NCBI GenBank assembly: GCA_964636295.1 | Contig: CAZWQY010000004.1 | Span: 42,677-106,676 of the forward strand | DNA length: 64,000 nucleotides | Origin: an uncultured Lentisphaeraceae bacterium | GTDB taxonomy: Bacteria > Verrucomicrobiota > Kiritimatiellia > RFP12 > UBA1067 | Reading direction: 5' to 3' | Shown: piece after piece, positions 46,311-57,075 of the stretch | Numbering within the stretch: the stretch's first letter is position 1 | Layout of the letters: each line of letters starts with the position of its first letter | The notes under the pieces: generated by a model | Told to the model about the DNA's origin: nothing | Databases searched by the model: none | Seen by the model: only the letters and a program-made list of their open reading frames with translations | Program-made: the position numbers and the translations under genes

Positions 46311-46898
46311 TCAATACGGCAACTTCACAAGCCCGCTGAAGCCCATGAACGCGAGGCTCAGGAGACCGCCCGTGACAAGCGCCACGGCAATGCCCCGAAA
46401 ACAGCGCGGCGGATCGGCGTGCGCGAGCTTCTCGCGAATGCCCGAGAAAATCAGCAGCGCGACGCCGAATCCGAGCGCGGCCGAAAACGAGAAGAAGACC
46501 GACTCGAAAAAGCCCGTGCCCTGCTTGCAGTTGATCTCCGCAACGCCCAGGACGGCGCAGTTCGTCGTGATGAGCGGCAGGAAGATGCCCAGCGCGGCAT
46601 GAAGCGGCGGCAAAAACCGCTTCATCGCGATGTCAATGAACTGCACCAGCGCGGCGATGACGAGGATGAAGGCGAGCGTATGGATGTAGCCCAGCCCGTT
46701 CGGCTGAAGCAGCCAATGGTCGAGACACCACGTCACGGCCGCCGCGACCGTCATGACGAAAATGACCGCCCCCGACATGCCGAGCGCCGTCTCCGTCTTC
46801 TTCGAAACGCCCAAAAACGGACAACAGCCCAAAAAGCGGCTGAGCACGAAGTTGTTCACCAGCACCGCGCCGACAAGGATCATCAAGTAGTAGCTCAT
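46311..46898 (-). CDS. rnfA: Rnf complex subunit A
   Basis: 195 aa; MSYYLMILVGAVLVNNFVLSRFLGCCPFLGVSKKTETALGM... collinear with E. coli RsxA. Confidence 0.93.
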   Translation of the reverse strand: MSYYLMILVGAVLVNNFVLSRFLGCCPFLGVSKKTETALGMSGAVIFVMTVAAAVTWCLDHWLLQPNGLGYIHTLAFILVIAALVQFIDIAMKRFLPPLHAALGIFLPLITTNCAVLGVAEINCKQGTGFFESVFFSFSAALGFGVALLIFSGIREKLAHADPPRCFRGIAVALVTGGLLSLAFMGFSGLVKLPY

Positions 46899-46919
46899 AG
46901 ACAGTCACCTATTATGGAT

Positions 46920-47405
46920 TTATTCGGAAAATCTGTCAAGCCCGCCGCTTCGCCCCAAAGCCGCCGCGTCCTCCGCCCCCGGCTGGAAGGCCGTGAGCGC
47001 GCCCGACGCGACCGCACGCCCGGACGCCTCCCGAATCGAGCAGTCAAACGAGCCAAACTCCTCGTCCTGGAACGTGCAGGCCACGCGCACGCAGTAGCGC
47101 GCCCCCGACCGAAACGCCGGAATCCGGACGTCGAGCCGACGCGAACCCAGCACAAAGCCGATCTGAGGCGGAAGCCCCTTCCGCCGACGAAGAAGGCCGA
47201 CACACAGCGCCATCGTCTGCGCCATATACTCCAGCGCAACGCACCCCGGCACACCGTCCAACGTCGGCTCGAAGAACGGCGCCTGCGGCGTGACGTCGAC
47301 GAACGCCTCGACCGCCGCCTCGTCGGCGGGCGGCACATAGTCCGACAACAGCACCATCGGCCGCGCCTGCGGCAGAAGCTCGTCCAGCGGAATCTTCTCC
47401 GTCAT
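46920..47405 (-). CDS. Hotdog-fold (FabZ/ApeP-like) dehydratase
   Basis: MTEKIPLDELLPQARPMVLLSDYV...GCVALEYMAQTMA...; start moved from 47552. Confidence 0.6.
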   Translation of the reverse strand: MTEKIPLDELLPQARPMVLLSDYVPPADEAAVEAFVDVTPQAPFFEPTLDGVPGCVALEYMAQTMALCVGLLRRRKGLPPQIGFVLGSRRLDVRIPAFRSGARYCVRVACTFQDEEFGSFDCSIREASGRAVASGALTAFQPGAEDAAALGRSGGLDRFSE

Positions 47406-47421
47406 TCCCTCGTCTCCACAC

Positions 47422-47455
47422 TCAAAAACAAGCGCGGGCCGTGAAAGCCCGCGCC
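47422..47455 (-). terminator. Intrinsic terminator after the HU gene
   Basis: Minus strand GCGCGGGC-TTTCACG-GCCCGCGC followed by TTGTTTTTG. Confidence 0.75.
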
Positions 47456-47485
47456 ACAGAAACGCACCTGCGTTTGCGCGAAGCC

Positions 47486-47797
47486 TTACTTCTTCGGCGG
47501 AACGAGCGCGTCCTTCGCCGCCTTGGCAAGGCGGAACTTCGCGACCTTGCACGCGGGCTTCCTCTTCTCCTCGCCCGTCTGCGGATTGCGAACCTTGCGC
47601 GCACCCTGCTTCTTGATCAGGAGCTTGCCGAGGCCCGGAATGACCCAGCCCTTCTCGTTCTGACGCGCACCCTCGTACGCAAGCTCGAGGAGCTTCTCGT
47701 AGACGGCGACGGCCTGCTTCTTGCTGATTTCGCCGGCTTCGGCGAGGGCGAGCATGATGCCGCTCTTCGTGGTCGGGACGAGTTGTTTCTTAGCCAT
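47486..47797 (-). CDS. hup: HU-family DNA-binding protein
   Basis: Last 103 codons of ORF 47486..49429: MAKKQLVPTTKSGIMLALAEAGEISKKQAVAVYEKLL...RNPQTGEE... Confidence 0.85.
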   Translation of the reverse strand: MAKKQLVPTTKSGIMLALAEAGEISKKQAVAVYEKLLELAYEGARQNEKGWVIPGLGKLLIKKQGARKVRNPQTGEEKRKPACKVAKFRLAKAAKDALVPPKK

Positions 47798-47967
47798 GTC
47801 GTGATCCTTATTCTGTGTCAGTATTGGCGCACATGAGAACCGCTCCCACATGCTTGGTGCGTAATATAGCAATATTTTCAGGGGTGCGCAAGGGGTGAAG
47901 TGAAAAAAGTCCAATAAAGACAGGGGCTTGGGCAACCTCGCACGTCTCCCCCCGTCCCGCGCGTTTT

Positions 47968-47976
47968 TGGTATAAT
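47968..47976 (+). promoter_or_regulatory. Extended -10 box TGGTATAAT, 7 nt before ftsH ATG (leaderless-type)
   Basis: gcgtttttGGTATAATctgcgccATGgca. Confidence 0.55.
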
Positions 47977-47983
47977 CTGCGCC

Positions 47984-49846
47984 ATGGCAAATCAGACGAA
48001 TCCGGCCTGGCGCTCGTGGCTCGTGATCGCCCTCATCGCGGTCGCGTTCTTCACGATGTACAAGGCCAACCCCAATCCCGAATCGACGAAGGAGCTGACG
48101 CTCCTCGAATTCTACCAGGCGATGGAGCAGAACAAGCTCGTCGAGCCAGTCACGCGCGTCATCGACCGCGACGACGGCGAGACGTTCCTCGTCGGCGAGG
48201 CCGAAACGGACGACCTCGACGACACGGGCGCGCCGAAGACCTACCGCTACCGCGTGCCGCTCGTCCCCGGCGAGAACGAGGCGACGATGAGCGACCTTCT
48301 CGAAAAGAGCGTCAAGGTCGTCGTGCGCGAACGCAAGAGCCCGTTCTCCCCGTTCGTCGTCCAGCTCCTCTTCTTCTTCGGCTTCATGTTCCTCTTCTAC
48401 TGGTTCTTCTACCGCCGCGTCGGCGGCGGGGGCGGGATGTTCAGCTTCGGCAAGTCGAAGGCGAAGATCCTGAACGGGAAGGAGGACAAGGCGAACAAGG
48501 TGACGTTCGCCGACGTCGCGGGCGTGGACGAGGCGAAGGAGGAGGTCGAGGAGATCGTCTCGTTCCTGAAGGATCCAAGCGCGTTCAAGAAGCTCGGCGG
48601 CCGCATTCCGAAGGGCGTGTTGCTCGTCGGCCCGCCCGGCACGGGCAAGACGCTCCTTGCCAAGGCCATCGCCGGCGAGGCGAAAGTCCCCTTCTTCGCC
48701 ATGAGCGGCAGCGACTTCGAGGAGATGTTCGTTGGCGTCGGCGCGAGCCGCATGCGCGACGTCTTCAGCGAGGCGAAGAAGCGCGCGCCTTGCATCGTCT
48801 TCATCGACGAGATCGACTCGATCGGCCAGAAGCGCACGGGCGCGGGCGCGCTCGGCGGCAACCACGCCTACGAGCAGACGCTGAACACGATGCTCGTCGA
48901 GATGGACGGCTTCGACGCGAACGAGGGCGTCATCGTCATCGCCGCGACGAACCGGCCGGACACGCTCGACTCGGCCCTCCTGCGCCCCGGCCGCTTCGAC
49001 CGTCAGGTCGTCGTCGAACTGCCGACCCTCAAAGGCCGCAAGGAGATCCTCGAACTCCACGGCAAGCGCATCACCTTCGCGCCCGACGCCGACCTCGACC
49101 GCGTCGCGCGCGGAACGCCCGGCTTCTCGGGCGCCGATCTCGCGAACCTCCTCAACGAGGCCGCGCTCCTCGCCGTCCGCAAGAAACTCGACGGCGTGGA
49201 CATGGCGACGCTCGACGAGGCGCGCGACAAGGTGATCTGGGGGCGCGAGCGCAAGTCGGCCGGCTACTCGCAGAAGGAGCGCGAGACGACGGCCTGGCAC
49301 GAGGCGGGCCACGCGCTCCTGCAGGTGCTCCTGCCCGACACGGATCCGCTCCACAAGGTGACGATCATTCCGCGCGGGCGCGCGCTCGGCGCGACGATGG
49401 CCCTCCCGGAGCGGGACGTCCTCAACCACACGAAGAACTATTTCCTCGCGGAGATGCGCCTGTGCTGCGGCGGCCGCATCGCGGAGGAGATGTTCACGGG
49501 CGACGTCTCGACCGGCGCGGCGCAGGACATCGCGCAGGCGACGCAGATTGCGCGCGAGATGATCTGCAAGTACGGCATGAGCGAGAAGTTCGGCTTCCAG
49601 GCGTTCATGGAGCCGTCGCAGTTCTCCGGCGGCGACCTGCCGCCCGCATTCAGCGAAGAGACGTCGCGCGAAATCGACGCGGAAGTGAAGCGTCTCATCG
49701 ACGCGGCCTACGCCGAATCGAAGCGCATCCTCGTGGAGAACCGCGAGACGCTCGAACGCCTCGCGAAAACGCTGATCGAGAAGGAGACGATGGACGGCCG
49801 CGACGTCGAGGAACTCGTCAAGGGTTCGAACAACGCCGCACCGTGA
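47984..49846 (+). CDS. ftsH: ATP-dependent zinc metalloprotease FtsH
   Basis: 620 aa; [18 protein letters not shown], zinc motif HEAGHAL. Confidence 0.97.
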   Translation: MANQTNPAWRSWLVIALIAVAFFTMYKANPNPESTKELTLLEFYQAMEQNKLVEPVTRVIDRDDGETFLVGEAETDDLDDTGAPKTYRYRVPLVPGENEATMSDLLEKSVKVVVRERKSPFSPFVVQLLFFFGFMFLFYWFFYRRVGGGGGMFSFGKSKAKILNGKEDKANKVTFADVAGVDEAKEEVEEIVSFLKDPSAFKKLGGRIPKGVLLVGPPGTGKTLLAKAIAGEAKVPFFAMSGSDFEEMFVGVGASRMRDVFSEAKKRAPCIVFIDEIDSIGQKRTGAGALGGNHAYEQTLNTMLVEMDGFDANEGVIVIAATNRPDTLDSALLRPGRFDRQVVVELPTLKGRKEILELHGKRITFAPDADLDRVARGTPGFSGADLANLLNEAALLAVRKKLDGVDMATLDEARDKVIWGRERKSAGYSQKERETTAWHEAGHALLQVLLPDTDPLHKVTIIPRGRALGATMALPERDVLNHTKNYFLAEMRLCCGGRIAEEMFTGDVSTGAAQDIAQATQIAREMICKYGMSEKFGFQAFMEPSQFSGGDLPPAFSEETSREIDAEVKRLIDAAYAESKRILVENRETLERLAKTLIEKETMDGRDVEELVKGSNNAAP

Positions 49847-52800
49847 CGCACTGCCCCGTCGCCGTCACGAGCAACGCGGCGGCGATGTGTGCGTCCGGCA
49901 GTCCCGTCAGCCGCGCGAGCGCGCGGCAATAGGCCTCCATCTGAGGCGCGTACTGCGCGCATAGCCGTTGCGCGAAGGCCGCGTCGCCCTCGCCGGCAGC
50001 CTTGGCGTTCGTCTTGAAGTCGTAAATCGTCGCCTGACGCGACGCGCCCACGCCCGTGAAGACGACGCGGTCAAACCGCCCCGACGCCCAGTGCGCGCCG
50101 TCGAAGAACTCGTAGCCTCGCTCACGCCAGACCGTCGCCTCTTCGGACGGCTTCACAAACGCCACGCGGAAACCGGGCGGCAATGTCGCCGCCGTCTCCG
50201 CATCGGCCCATTCAATCTTCTGATAGGCCGCATGCACCTCCAGCCCACGCTGCGCCGCCGCGCCGAAATCTCCGTCAAAGAGAGCCGCCGCGCGCAATCC
50301 CATCGCCCCTGACGTCGGCACGGCCGACGATGGCGTCGCGCGCACAAGAGCCTCCCGCCGCCGCGCCGTCGCGGCCCAGGCGACACGAGGCTTTTCTGCT
50401 TGGCTCGCCGCCGCTTCGACAATCGGAAACGCCGGCGCCTCGCCCGCGACGTAAGGCAGTTTCCGGTTGACGGCCGATACAATCAGATCGCGCATCAAGA
50501 GCCCCTGCGCATAGTCCTCCGGCTTCGAATCGTTCGGGAAAATAACAAAGAGCGACTTCTTCGAGCGCGTCAACGCCACGTAGTACGTCCGAAGCGACTC
50601 CATCAGCCGCGCGCTGCGCAGGTTTGCATAGGCGACCCGCGTCTTTGCGTTCAACGCCTCGCAGCCTTTCTTCAGATGGGGCAGTACCCAGTCGCCGCCG
50701 TCATAGAGCGGCGTCGAGACCGTCGGCGCGTCAATGGCCGCTGTCCCGCGTTGGCCTTCGAAGAGCGGCACGAAGACATGGTCAATGCCCAGCCCCTTCG
50801 AGCGGTGAATCGTCAAGATCCGAATGACGTCTGCCGACACGGCAATCTCCCGCCGCTGCGCGTCCGCCAAAAAGCGCACGAACCCGTCAACGCCGCCAAA
50901 CGATCCGCGCGCCTCGTAGACCACGCCCTTCTCCACAAGCTGCTTCAGCCGCTCGCACGAAAGCCCGCCCGGCAAAAGGCCGCCCTTCTCGCGCAGAACG
51001 CCGCAGAAGTCCTTCAGCGTCCGCGCCAGCCCCTGGCGCGTCAGGAGACGCGAGACGGTCGCCGAGACCGCCGCCGCCGTCGGGCAGGTCGGCAGAAGCA
51101 ATTGACGAACGGGGAAGAGGTCGTTCACCGTCCGCCAGGCGTAGCCATCCGCCGGATGGTCACCGAGCGTCAGCAACGCCAGCACGGCCTCGACCACCGG
51201 CAGGTCGTGGACGGGGCTCTTTCCCTCCCAGACGACAGGCAGCCCCTTCGCGCGCAAGTACTCGGCGACTTCAAGCCCCCGGTCGTTGTTCCGCACGAGA
51301 ATGCCGACCGTCTCCGCGCTGTGCGCGGCTTCGTGGCGAGCCCACAACGCCTGCACTTCCTCATGAAGCGCAGACAGGACGGGATCCTCCTCGCTGCTCG
51401 GAATCACCTTCGCGCCGATGACCTTGACGAAATCGGAGGCCTCATGCGAGACATGATCGACCCATCCCTCGGCCCAAGCGTCGACGGCGCCGTAGCAGGC
51501 GCACGGGATGATTCCGCCGCGAGAGATGCTGCCTCGCCCAAAGACCTGGTTCACGAACGCCGCGATGTTCGGCCCGTAGCGATGCGACTCCTTGAAGTCG
51601 CGCGCGCAGCCGGCAAACGCCTCCCACCCGGACAACTGCTCAAACGGCCGCGCGCTCGCGCCGCGCCACGTGTAGATGGACTGCTTGAGATCGCCGACGG
51701 CCATGGCCGACCGCGCCTCGCCCGCACGCCCCGCATTCGCCACCTCCTCCACGAGATCCCGCAGACACTTCCACTGCAAATCGCTCGTGTCCTGGAATTC
51801 GTCCAGGGCCCAGTGGTCGAACCGGGCATCAAAGCGGAACTGGACGTTCTGGATGTCAATGCCGCGCTGCCCCCGTTCCGACGAAAACGCCGTGAAGTCG
51901 CCGAACGTGAGCTTCCCCGTGCGCCGCGTCAGACGCTCGTAGGTCTCCTCAACGGCCGTCACGAGCGCGATCTTCGCCTGAACGACTTCCAGCCGCCGCT
52001 TCAGATAGAGGTTCATCACGTGACGGATTGCCGCGCGCACCGTCGCCGCGCCGTCCGCACCGCACGCGAACGTGTAGGGAACATTGTAATATGCGTAGTC
52101 GTAGGACGTCGCCGCCGGATTCGTCCAGAAGTGGAGCATCAAGTTCTTGACGCCGCCGCTCACGTCCAGGGGGGACGTCGATCCGTCATACGACTGGACG
52201 AACTGCACGAACTTCTCCTCGTAGGAGACGGCATTCTTGCGCCGAATCTCGTTCAGCGGAAGCCCCGACAGGTCGGGGCAGACGCTCGCCATCGGCACGT
52301 CCAGCGCCGCGCACATGCTTTCGACCGTCCACTCCCGACAGGCGGGATGGGCGACGACAAAGTTTCGCCACCCCGTCTTGTTCAGAATCATGCCAATCGC
52401 CGAAAGGCACGTGCGCGAGAAAGCCCCGTCCTTCGCCCGCCAGAACGCCTGGGCAATCGCCTCGCCCGCCCCGTCCGGCTTCGCCAACAGGGCGTGGACA
52501 GCCTCCTCGACCGCCTCGCTCTCGTCCATCTCGTCCAGAACCTCAACGGCGTTCTGAAAGCCCATCTCCATCGGAAAGTTTCGGACAATGCGGAGAATGA
52601 AGCTGTCGAGCGTCGCGATCGATCCCAAGTGCTGCGTCTCGACGAGCGTCCGCAACAGACGCCGAAAGTCGGCCGCGCCATGCGAAATGCCCTGCGCCTC
52701 AATCCACGCGAGCTTCGCCGCCGCATCCGGAACGCAGCCCCCCCGAAAGTCCGCCAGCAGCGTCTCCCACTCGCGCGCCGCCCCCGCCGCGTCCGTGGCC

Positions 52801-52985
52801 GCCGCACACAGCCGCATGAGGATCTTCGTGTAGATCTCCTGGGCGGCCGCGCGCGAAAACGTCAGCGCGACGATGGTCTTCGGATCAATCCGATCGATGA
52901 GCATCTGGCGGATGACGCGCGTCGCAAGCGCGTAGGTCTTGCCGGTTCCCGCCGACGCCTTGATGAGGCTGTTCGTCTCAATCAT
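49818..52985 (-). CDS. addA: UvrD-type helicase / PD-(D/E)XK nuclease, AddA-like
   Basis: 1055 aa; Walker A ASAGTGKTYAL; C-terminal nuclease motif ATIYDFKTN. Confidence 0.8.
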   Translation of the reverse strand: MIETNSLIKASAGTGKTYALATRVIRQMLIDRIDPKTIVALTFSRAAAQEIYTKILMRLCAAATDAAGAAREWETLLADFRGGCVPDAAAKLAWIEAQGISHGAADFRRLLRTLVETQHLGSIATLDSFILRIVRNFPMEMGFQNAVEVLDEMDESEAVEEAVHALLAKPDGAGEAIAQAFWRAKDGAFSRTCLSAIGMILNKTGWRNFVVAHPACREWTVESMCAALDVPMASVCPDLSGLPLNEIRRKNAVSYEEKFVQFVQSYDGSTSPLDVSGGVKNLMLHFWTNPAATSYDYAYYNVPYTFACGADGAATVRAAIRHVMNLYLKRRLEVVQAKIALVTAVEETYERLTRRTGKLTFGDFTAFSSERGQRGIDIQNVQFRFDARFDHWALDEFQDTSDLQWKCLRDLVEEVANAGRAGEARSAMAVGDLKQSIYTWRGASARPFEQLSGWEAFAGCARDFKESHRYGPNIAAFVNQVFGRGSISRGGIIPCACYGAVDAWAEGWVDHVSHEASDFVKVIGAKVIPSSEEDPVLSALHEEVQALWARHEAAHSAETVGILVRNNDRGLEVAEYLRAKGLPVVWEGKSPVHDLPVVEAVLALLTLGDHPADGYAWRTVNDLFPVRQLLLPTCPTAAAVSATVSRLLTRQGLARTLKDFCGVLREKGGLLPGGLSCERLKQLVEKGVVYEARGSFGGVDGFVRFLADAQRREIAVSADVIRILTIHRSKGLGIDHVFVPLFEGQRGTAAIDAPTVSTPLYDGGDWVLPHLKKGCEALNAKTRVAYANLRSARLMESLRTYYVALTRSKKSLFVIFPNDSKPEDYAQGLLMRDLIVSAVNRKLPYVAGEAPAFPIVEAAASQAEKPRVAWAATARRREALVRATPSSAVPTSGAMGLRAAALFDGDFGAAAQRGLEVHAAYQKIEWADAETAATLPPGFRVAFVKPSEEATVWRERGYEFFDGAHWASGRFDRVVFTGVGASRQATIYDFKTNAKAAGEGDAAFAQRLCAQYAPQMEAYCRALARLTGLPDAHIAAALLVTATGQCVTVRRCSNP

Positions 52986-55923
52986 GGAACGCCTCCAGTC
53001 TCCGCTCCTGCTCCTTCGCCCACTCCGTCCCGCCGAGATCCGTCTGCGGATCCGACACGAAAAGGCCCTTCAAGTTCCATTTCCATTCGTCCGTCGGACC
53101 CGGCGGCCAGAAGACGTTCTTCCCAATCAGCCCAACCGCCCGCCGCGCCGTCGCAAGAGACACCTCGACCGCCACGTCCGGCAACGGCTGAATCGCACAT
53201 TCCTCGTCCGTCGCCGCCAAGACGAAATAGGCATACGAAATCGCGGCAAACGGAATCTTCGGCTCCACGGCCGACAGGCATCGCCCGTACACGGGCAACT
53301 GGACGGACAGGACACGCTGCGCCACCTGCTGGGCCTTCGACATGCGGAACGTCGGATAGCCCATCATCTCCGCCATCCTCTCCTGCACCTCGGACTTCGC
53401 CGTAAAGACATGCCCCGCAAGCGATTTCTTGTCCCATGTCTTGTAGTCGATCACGCACCACGGCTTCTTGGCGTCTCCAATGTTCTCGTCCACGCGGTCG
53501 ATGTAGCCGTGAATGCGAAAGCCGAGTCCCAGCACGTCCAAATCTTTCGGAATCTCCCGTTCGGCCATCCGAATGCGCCAGCCCTGGCTCGCCCACTCCG
53601 CCTGCCGCGCCGCGAACAGATCAAGCCGCCCTTCCAGCGCGCGCAGCTGCAGATCGACGTTGAGCGTCATCCGCCCATACCGAACACGAATCGCCGGACA
53701 GATTTCCTCGCGGAAAAGCCGCCGAATCGCGTCCGCGTCCGTCAACTGATCATCACCGTTCGCGATCTGCCGACGGGCATACGCCTCCAACGCCGCATGG
53801 GCGAGCGTCCCGAAGTCATTGGCCTCCAGTTCCTGCTTGTCAGCATACGGCTCCATGCCAAGCCCGTTGGCCAGGAGATAGGTGAAGGGACACTTCACGT
53901 AGGCGTCGAGCGCGCTCGGCGAATAGTGTCCGACGGGCGCCAGCGTGTCCGGCAACGTCATCGGCCACTCGACGCGGCGGACGCGATCCGTCCGCTCTTC
54001 GGGCAAGTCGCCGAAGAGACTGCCAATGCGGCGGGCCAGCGCATCGTCCGCGCACAGGTAAAGCAGGCGGCTCGGACGGCAGATGTCGCCCGCGTCCGTG
54101 GCCCGCGCAACATACGCGCGCACGGCATGGGGCGCGTGCGAATCCAGAAGTTCCTTCAAGAGCCAGCTGTCACGCGCCAGCCGGTCAACGTTCGAAACAA
54201 GTCCGAGACGCTGACGAAGGCTGTCCGGCAAGAACGGATGCCCCACAACCGAGTCAGGCACCTTGCCCTCGTGAAGCCCAACCAGCGCAAGATGATCCGC
54301 CGCGCTCCAGGGCAGTTCCAGCCAGCCTTCCGTGCGAACGGCATCCGACGCGTCCGGCTCAAGCGAATAGACGGCCGCGTCCAGCATGCGGCGCGCGAGT
54401 GCCGCCCGTTCGGCGGCCGTCATCGGCAGGGCGGAGACAAACGGGCCTTCAAGCGCATCGAGGAAGTCCCGCGCCGCATCCGCCGCCGCCCGGAACTCCT
54501 GCCCGTCCGTTCCCGACGACAGACGGTGGCCGGCAAACGTCCAGCGCAGCATCGTGCGCAGAAATGCCGAAAGCGTTTCGCCTTCCCGCGCCGTGCGGAT
54601 TGTCTCGATCACGCGCTTCGCCTGTTCGCAGAAAGCCTGAAGCCGCGCCTTCCGAAAGGCCCGCAAGTCGGGATTGTCCGGGAATGTCGCCGACCACGGC
54701 ATTTCCGACGGAATGTAGGCGTTCTGCGCCACGTCCAGCCCCGCCAGCACCTGGGCGCGCGCCGATCCGAAAAGACCAAGCGCAGTCAACACATCATCGC
54801 TTCGGAAGAATGCGACAAACTCCTTCCACGGCAGCGTCTCGGCGGCATGCAAGACCATCAGGTTCTTGATCAGCCGCCCCAGCGACGATTGCACCAGACG
54901 ATGCCGTTCGGGGTTGTGGACGACATACCCCTGATTCAGGAACGCCGCCGCGAGGCCGTTGGAGAGATCCGCGTCGCACAGGCCCAAGGCCGGCAACGCC
55001 ATGCCGCTGGCGGCGGACGGGAAGTCCGAGGCCACCGTCCGCACGAGCGCCGAAACGTCGCTCGCCGAAACGATGTCCGCATCCGCGAGACGCGCCAACA
55101 CCGGATGCGCCGCGCCCGTCCAGCGCGTGGTGAGCGGCGCGCCCCAGACGCTGAACGCCGATGCCTCCGCAGGGTCAACATGCAGCAGCACCGTCAGTCT
55201 TGTCCCCGCCGCCTCCTGCTGTACCAGCACATCCTCCAAAACGCGAATCGGGTCAGCGAGCGCGGGAACGACAATCTCCTCGACGGACGACTCCACCAAA
55301 GCCGCCTGCGTCTTCGCTTCGTGAATGCGCTCCGTCGGATAGGCCAGTCCGTGCCCGTGCAGATACGCGAAGAATCCCGCCTCCAACGCGCCCAGCTGCT
55401 GCCAGCGACTTTGCTCGTCGCCAATCGCCGACTCCAGCAAATCCTTGGCAAGCGGCTCGACGTCGCGCATCAAGAGTCCGCGCCCCGCCAACACGCGCCA
55501 AATGTCCGCCAGCTGATCCAACAGCGCAAAGCGCGCCGTCAGATCCTCGAAGGCCTCCGGACGAACGAGGCGATCCAGCTTCAGGATTTCCGCGCGATGC
55601 GTTTTCACGTACTGCTGGAACGCGGCCGCAATCTCACACGGCGTCGCCTCGCGCAGGGTCTCGTCCGCCGAACGCACGAGTTGCATCGGCGACACGACGC
55701 GCGGCGGCACGACGCCAACGCCCGAAAAGCGGCGCGCGATCGCGAGACGCAGATTGCGCCCCGACTGCGCCGTCGGCACGACGACCAGCACATGGTCGAG
55801 CGTTCGCGCGCCCTCGGACGAGAGGCGGACCCGCCCGTTCCCTTCATAAGACCCCGTGCCGCACAACCAGTCGGCGACTTCATCGACCAACTTCCGCCTC
55901 GGATCCAAGAACTCCCTATTCAT
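52978..55923 (-). CDS. addB: PD-(D/E)XK nuclease family protein, AddB-like
   Basis: MNREFLDPRRKLVDEVADWL...; C-terminal HGYIDRVDE...WCVIDYKTW nuclease motif; start moved from 56142; 8-nt overlap with addA. Confidence 0.7.
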   Translation of the reverse strand: MNREFLDPRRKLVDEVADWLCGTGSYEGNGRVRLSSEGARTLDHVLVVVPTAQSGRNLRLAIARRFSGVGVVPPRVVSPMQLVRSADETLREATPCEIAAAFQQYVKTHRAEILKLDRLVRPEAFEDLTARFALLDQLADIWRVLAGRGLLMRDVEPLAKDLLESAIGDEQSRWQQLGALEAGFFAYLHGHGLAYPTERIHEAKTQAALVESSVEEIVVPALADPIRVLEDVLVQQEAAGTRLTVLLHVDPAEASAFSVWGAPLTTRWTGAAHPVLARLADADIVSASDVSALVRTVASDFPSAASGMALPALGLCDADLSNGLAAAFLNQGYVVHNPERHRLVQSSLGRLIKNLMVLHAAETLPWKEFVAFFRSDDVLTALGLFGSARAQVLAGLDVAQNAYIPSEMPWSATFPDNPDLRAFRKARLQAFCEQAKRVIETIRTAREGETLSAFLRTMLRWTFAGHRLSSGTDGQEFRAAADAARDFLDALEGPFVSALPMTAAERAALARRMLDAAVYSLEPDASDAVRTEGWLELPWSAADHLALVGLHEGKVPDSVVGHPFLPDSLRQRLGLVSNVDRLARDSWLLKELLDSHAPHAVRAYVARATDAGDICRPSRLLYLCADDALARRIGSLFGDLPEERTDRVRRVEWPMTLPDTLAPVGHYSPSALDAYVKCPFTYLLANGLGMEPYADKQELEANDFGTLAHAALEAYARRQIANGDDQLTDADAIRRLFREEICPAIRVRYGRMTLNVDLQLRALEGRLDLFAARQAEWASQGWRIRMAEREIPKDLDVLGLGFRIHGYIDRVDENIGDAKKPWCVIDYKTWDKKSLAGHVFTAKSEVQERMAEMMGYPTFRMSKAQQVAQRVLSVQLPVYGRCLSAVEPKIPFAAISYAYFVLAATDEECAIQPLPDVAVEVSLATARRAVGLIGKNVFWPPGPTDEWKWNLKGLFVSDPQTDLGGTEWAKEQERRLEAFHD

Positions 55924-55963
55924 CTCCAGCCCCTTTCGATCCGCCGTCCGTTTGCGCAGAAAC

Positions 55964-56602
55964 CTACTGCACCGCGTGTTCCAGCTCCGACGGACTCCGA
56001 CAAATCGCGTCCGCCCGCGCCAGTTCCTCCGGGCGCCCATAGCCCCAGGCAACGCCAATCGAGCGAACGCCGTTCGCGGCGGCCGCCTCGAAGTCGTTCC
56101 CCGTGTCGCCCACAAGGACGCAGTCTGCCGGCTCGGCCGCATAGGTCGTCAGGACACGGCGCAGCAACTCTGGCTTGCGCACCTTCGGCAACGTCATGTC
56201 GCCGGCATAGATGCCATCGAAAATCGACTCCCAGCCGAAATGCCGCGCCATCGCCGTCGCACCGACAAACCGCTTGTTGGTGACGATCGCGAGCGTCCGC
56301 CCCTCGGCCTTCAGCCGCCGCACTACGTCCAAGACGCCGGGATATTCGCGCGTCAGCGGAAAACCGTCCCGATCGTAGTGGTCTGCAAAGCCGACGCGAA
56401 TCGCGTCCGCCAGCTCGGGCGTGAAGCGATCGGGGAAGAGCTGCCGCGTCATCTCGTCAATCGGCGGGCCCGCGACGAACTTCGCGTCAAACAAAGGGCA
56501 GTCCAGCCCCAGGTCGGACAACGTTGCCTTCCAGGCCCTGCGGATGTCGCCATCCGTATCGGCCAACGTCCCGTCCAAGTCGAAGAAGACAAACTGTTTC
56601 AT
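55964..56602 (-). CDS. gph: HAD-family phosphoglycolate phosphatase-like hydrolase
   Basis: 212 aa; MKQFVFFDLDGTLADT motif I. Confidence 0.75.
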   Translation of the reverse strand: MKQFVFFDLDGTLADTDGDIRRAWKATLSDLGLDCPLFDAKFVAGPPIDEMTRQLFPDRFTPELADAIRVGFADHYDRDGFPLTREYPGVLDVVRRLKAEGRTLAIVTNKRFVGATAMARHFGWESIFDGIYAGDMTLPKVRKPELLRRVLTTYAAEPADCVLVGDTGNDFEAAAANGVRSIGVAWGYGRPEELARADAICRSPSELEHAVQ

Positions 56603-56607
56603 GACGG

Positions 56608-57045
56608 TCAGACCGCCGCGGCGGCGACTTCCTTTTCGGAGAGCGTCAGGAAACCGGCCGCCGCAAGGGCCGTCTCCGCCTTCGCGTTGTCGTCGAAGCG
56701 GAAGACGAGGACGGCCTTCTCGCCCTTGTGGAACGCGAAGGCATAGCTGTATTCAATGTTCGCGCCAGCCGCATCAAGGGCCGTCATGACTTCGGCCATG
56801 CCACCCGGACGATCAGGCACGCAGACGGCGACGACCTCGCGCACATTGACGACGTGTCCCTTCTCGGCGAGCGTCGTCTTGGCCTTTTCGTGGTCATCGA
56901 CAATCAGGCGCACAATGCCGAAATCGCTCGTGTCCGCGAGCGACAGCGTCGCGAGGTTGATGTCCGCGTCCGCAAGATCACGGCAGATCTGCGAGAGCTG
57001 TCCGGGCTTGTTCTGAAGAAAAATCGAGATTTGACGAATGTGCAT
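56608..57045 (-). CDS. ACT domain-containing protein
   Basis: 145 aa; two ACT-like halves (ISIFLQNKPGQLSQICRDLADADINL...). Confidence 0.75.
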   Translation of the reverse strand: MHIRQISIFLQNKPGQLSQICRDLADADINLATLSLADTSDFGIVRLIVDDHEKAKTTLAEKGHVVNVREVVAVCVPDRPGGMAEVMTALDAAGANIEYSYAFAFHKGEKAVLVFRFDDNAKAETALAAAGFLTLSEKEVAAAAV

Positions 57046-57075
57046 AGGATGAGGTGGAGGTGTGAGGTGGAAAGG

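Noticed and set aside
47798-49429. Upstream 544 codons of the 647-aa minus-strand ORF 47486..49429
   Set aside because: Only the last 103 codons (HU-like protein, ATG 47797) look real. The remainder is antisense to ftsH.
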